Below are positions 28,022 through 29,254 of a stretch of 29,254 nucleotides of DNA, piece by piece (positions within the stretch are counted from its first letter, which is position 1; each line of letters starts with the position of its first letter). The notes under the pieces were generated by a model that did no database searches, had not been told where the DNA came from, and saw only the letters and a list, made by a program, of their open reading frames with translations. The stretch comes from Chthonomonadales bacterium. GTDB taxonomy: Bacteria; Armatimonadota; Chthonomonadetes; Chthonomonadales; CAJBBX01. The stretch is from the NCBI GenBank assembly GCA_037443035.1, contig JBBIPC010000029.1, positions 1 to 29,254 on the forward strand, read 5' to 3'. The translations under genes were made by a program, and so were the position numbers.

Positions 28022-28822
28022 ATGCAACACCGTAAGTGGCAAGGAGCGTTCACGCTCATCGAACTGCTCGTCGTGATCGCTATCATCGCGATCCTGGCAG
28101 CGATTCTCTTCCCTGTCTTCGCGCGTGCGCGCGAGCAGGCACGTGCGACAGCCTGTCTTTCCAACGTCAAGCAGCTCCAGCTTGCAGTGAGCATGTACCT
28201 CAACGACTACGACGGCGTCTTCCCCGTACCCTATCTCCAATGGGCCAACGCAGTCGGCGACTCGTGGGGCGAGCTCTACCAGGGCCACGCAGCCATCGGC
28301 AATGCCGCCCAGCAGGACTACGCCAGGAACGCTTCGTACTTCGCCCAACTCAACCCGTACATCAAGAACCAAGGTCTGCTCGTCTGTCCCAGCGACAGCG
28401 GCGCCTTGACGAACTTCCCCATCGGGCAGCGCTTCACGTCCTATCACTTCCGCCACTACCTGGGCTACGGGTTCCTCCAGGGTTATATTGACTGCTGCGG
28501 TACGGCGGGTCGTCTCTGGAAGGAGGCCGAGTTCCGCTTCCCGGCCCAGACCTACGTCTTCGATGAACTCCACATCTGGCATGATGATCGGCGCGAGCCT
28601 CTACGCTGGTTGGGTGGTGGTGAAGGATGGGCCATGAGCGCCAAGATCACGGTTTCGTTCATTGATGGTCACGCCAAAGCCATGGCTGTGGACGGTGTCA
28701 TCCTCCGGGCGCCGTGGTGGCCTGGACAGGGCTACGACATGCACTGGCCGCGGTGCAGCGACGCCACGCTGGCTGACGCCGACTGCACGCCAGATCCGGG
28801 ACGGGCGGGGGCCTACCCGTAA
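28022..28822 (+). CDS. Prepilin-type N-terminal cleavage/methylation protein (DUF1559-like)
   Basis: [63 protein letters not shown] and [17 protein letters not shown] before ATG 28022. Confidence 0.93.
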   Translation: MQHRKWQGAFTLIELLVVIAIIAILAAILFPVFARAREQARATACLSNVKQLQLAVSMYLNDYDGVFPVPYLQWANAVGDSWGELYQGHAAIGNAAQQDYARNASYFAQLNPYIKNQGLLVCPSDSGALTNFPIGQRFTSYHFRHYLGYGFLQGYIDCCGTAGRLWKEAEFRFPAQTYVFDELHIWHDDRREPLRWLGGGEGWAMSAKITVSFIDGHAKAMAVDGVILRAPWWPGQGYDMHWPRCSDATLADADCTPDPGRAGAYP

Positions 28823-28840
28823 TCGAAAAGGGGTCTACCC

Positions 28841-29182
28841 GTGAAACAGAATGTATCGCCCGGAGTGGCCGTAGCAGTCATCGTCATCGTCCTGGCGGTC
28901 ATCGCTCTGTGGTACTACAGGGGATCTGCTGGTTCTTCCAGGAGAGCTGCCGAGATCGAAAAGACCATCCAGGCGGGGCTGGCCGGCGGACCGCCACCCG
29001 GGGTCACAGCTAGCGGGCCATCGGGTCCCCACGGGCAGACCGGAGGTCCTCCGCCGGGCATCGGACCTCGGGCCGGTTCCGGAGGACCGCCCATCCAGAC
29101 GGGCATCCCCATGGGCCCATCGCCCGGCGCCCCTGGCACACCGGCCATGCCGGCCGCGCCGCCCGGCCCCGCACCGCGCTAG
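28841..29182 (+). CDS. Small single-pass membrane protein with Pro/Gly-rich tail
   Basis: AAGGGG RBS before the GTG; MKQNVSPGVAVAVIVIVLAVIALWYY TM segment followed by a low-complexity P/G tail. Confidence 0.75.
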   Translation: MKQNVSPGVAVAVIVIVLAVIALWYYRGSAGSSRRAAEIEKTIQAGLAGGPPPGVTASGPSGPHGQTGGPPPGIGPRAGSGGPPIQTGIPMGPSPGAPGTPAMPAAPPGPAPR

Positions 29183-29213
29183 ATCCGCTGCGGCAGCCTG
29201 GATCCGCGCAATC

Positions 29214-29254
29214 GTAGGGGCGGGTTCCAAACCCGCCCCTACGTGTCAATGCCC
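29214..29254 (-). repeat. REP type A plus linker (same BIME unit as window start, inverted, truncated by window end)
   Basis: The reverse complement matches 385-425 at 40/41 nt. Confidence 0.88.

Overview
GC-rich bacterial window. An Armatimonadota/PVC-like origin is inferred from the DUF1559-type pilin-like gene and the many secreted carbohydrate enzymes. It opens with a BIME-like mosaic of GTAG-family REP palindromes (197-728), directly followed by a solitary, apparently intact cas6; no CRISPR array or other cas gene is in view. The middle is mostly sugar-related and secreted enzymes: galT, a nitrilase-family hydrolase, a GH14/GH42-like glycosidase, Gfo/Idh/MocA and aldo/keto reductases, a LolA-like protein, a DUF2325-like protein, a Zn alcohol dehydrogenase coupled to a glycyl radical enzyme with no activase nearby, YdcF, a GNAT, a glycoside-hydrolase/serine-hydrolase fusion, an alpha/beta hydrolase, propeller proteins, TspO, a YidR-like protein and an MDR dehydrogenase. 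It closes with a near-consensus sigma70 promoter, a highly structured ~185-nt leader, a prepilin/DUF1559 gene, a small Pro/Gly-rich membrane protein and an inverted copy of the same REP unit. The best candidates for something new are the cas6 + REP-hairpin array, the structured leader RNA, and the ADH-GRE pair. All product calls come from motif recognition by eye, not database searches.
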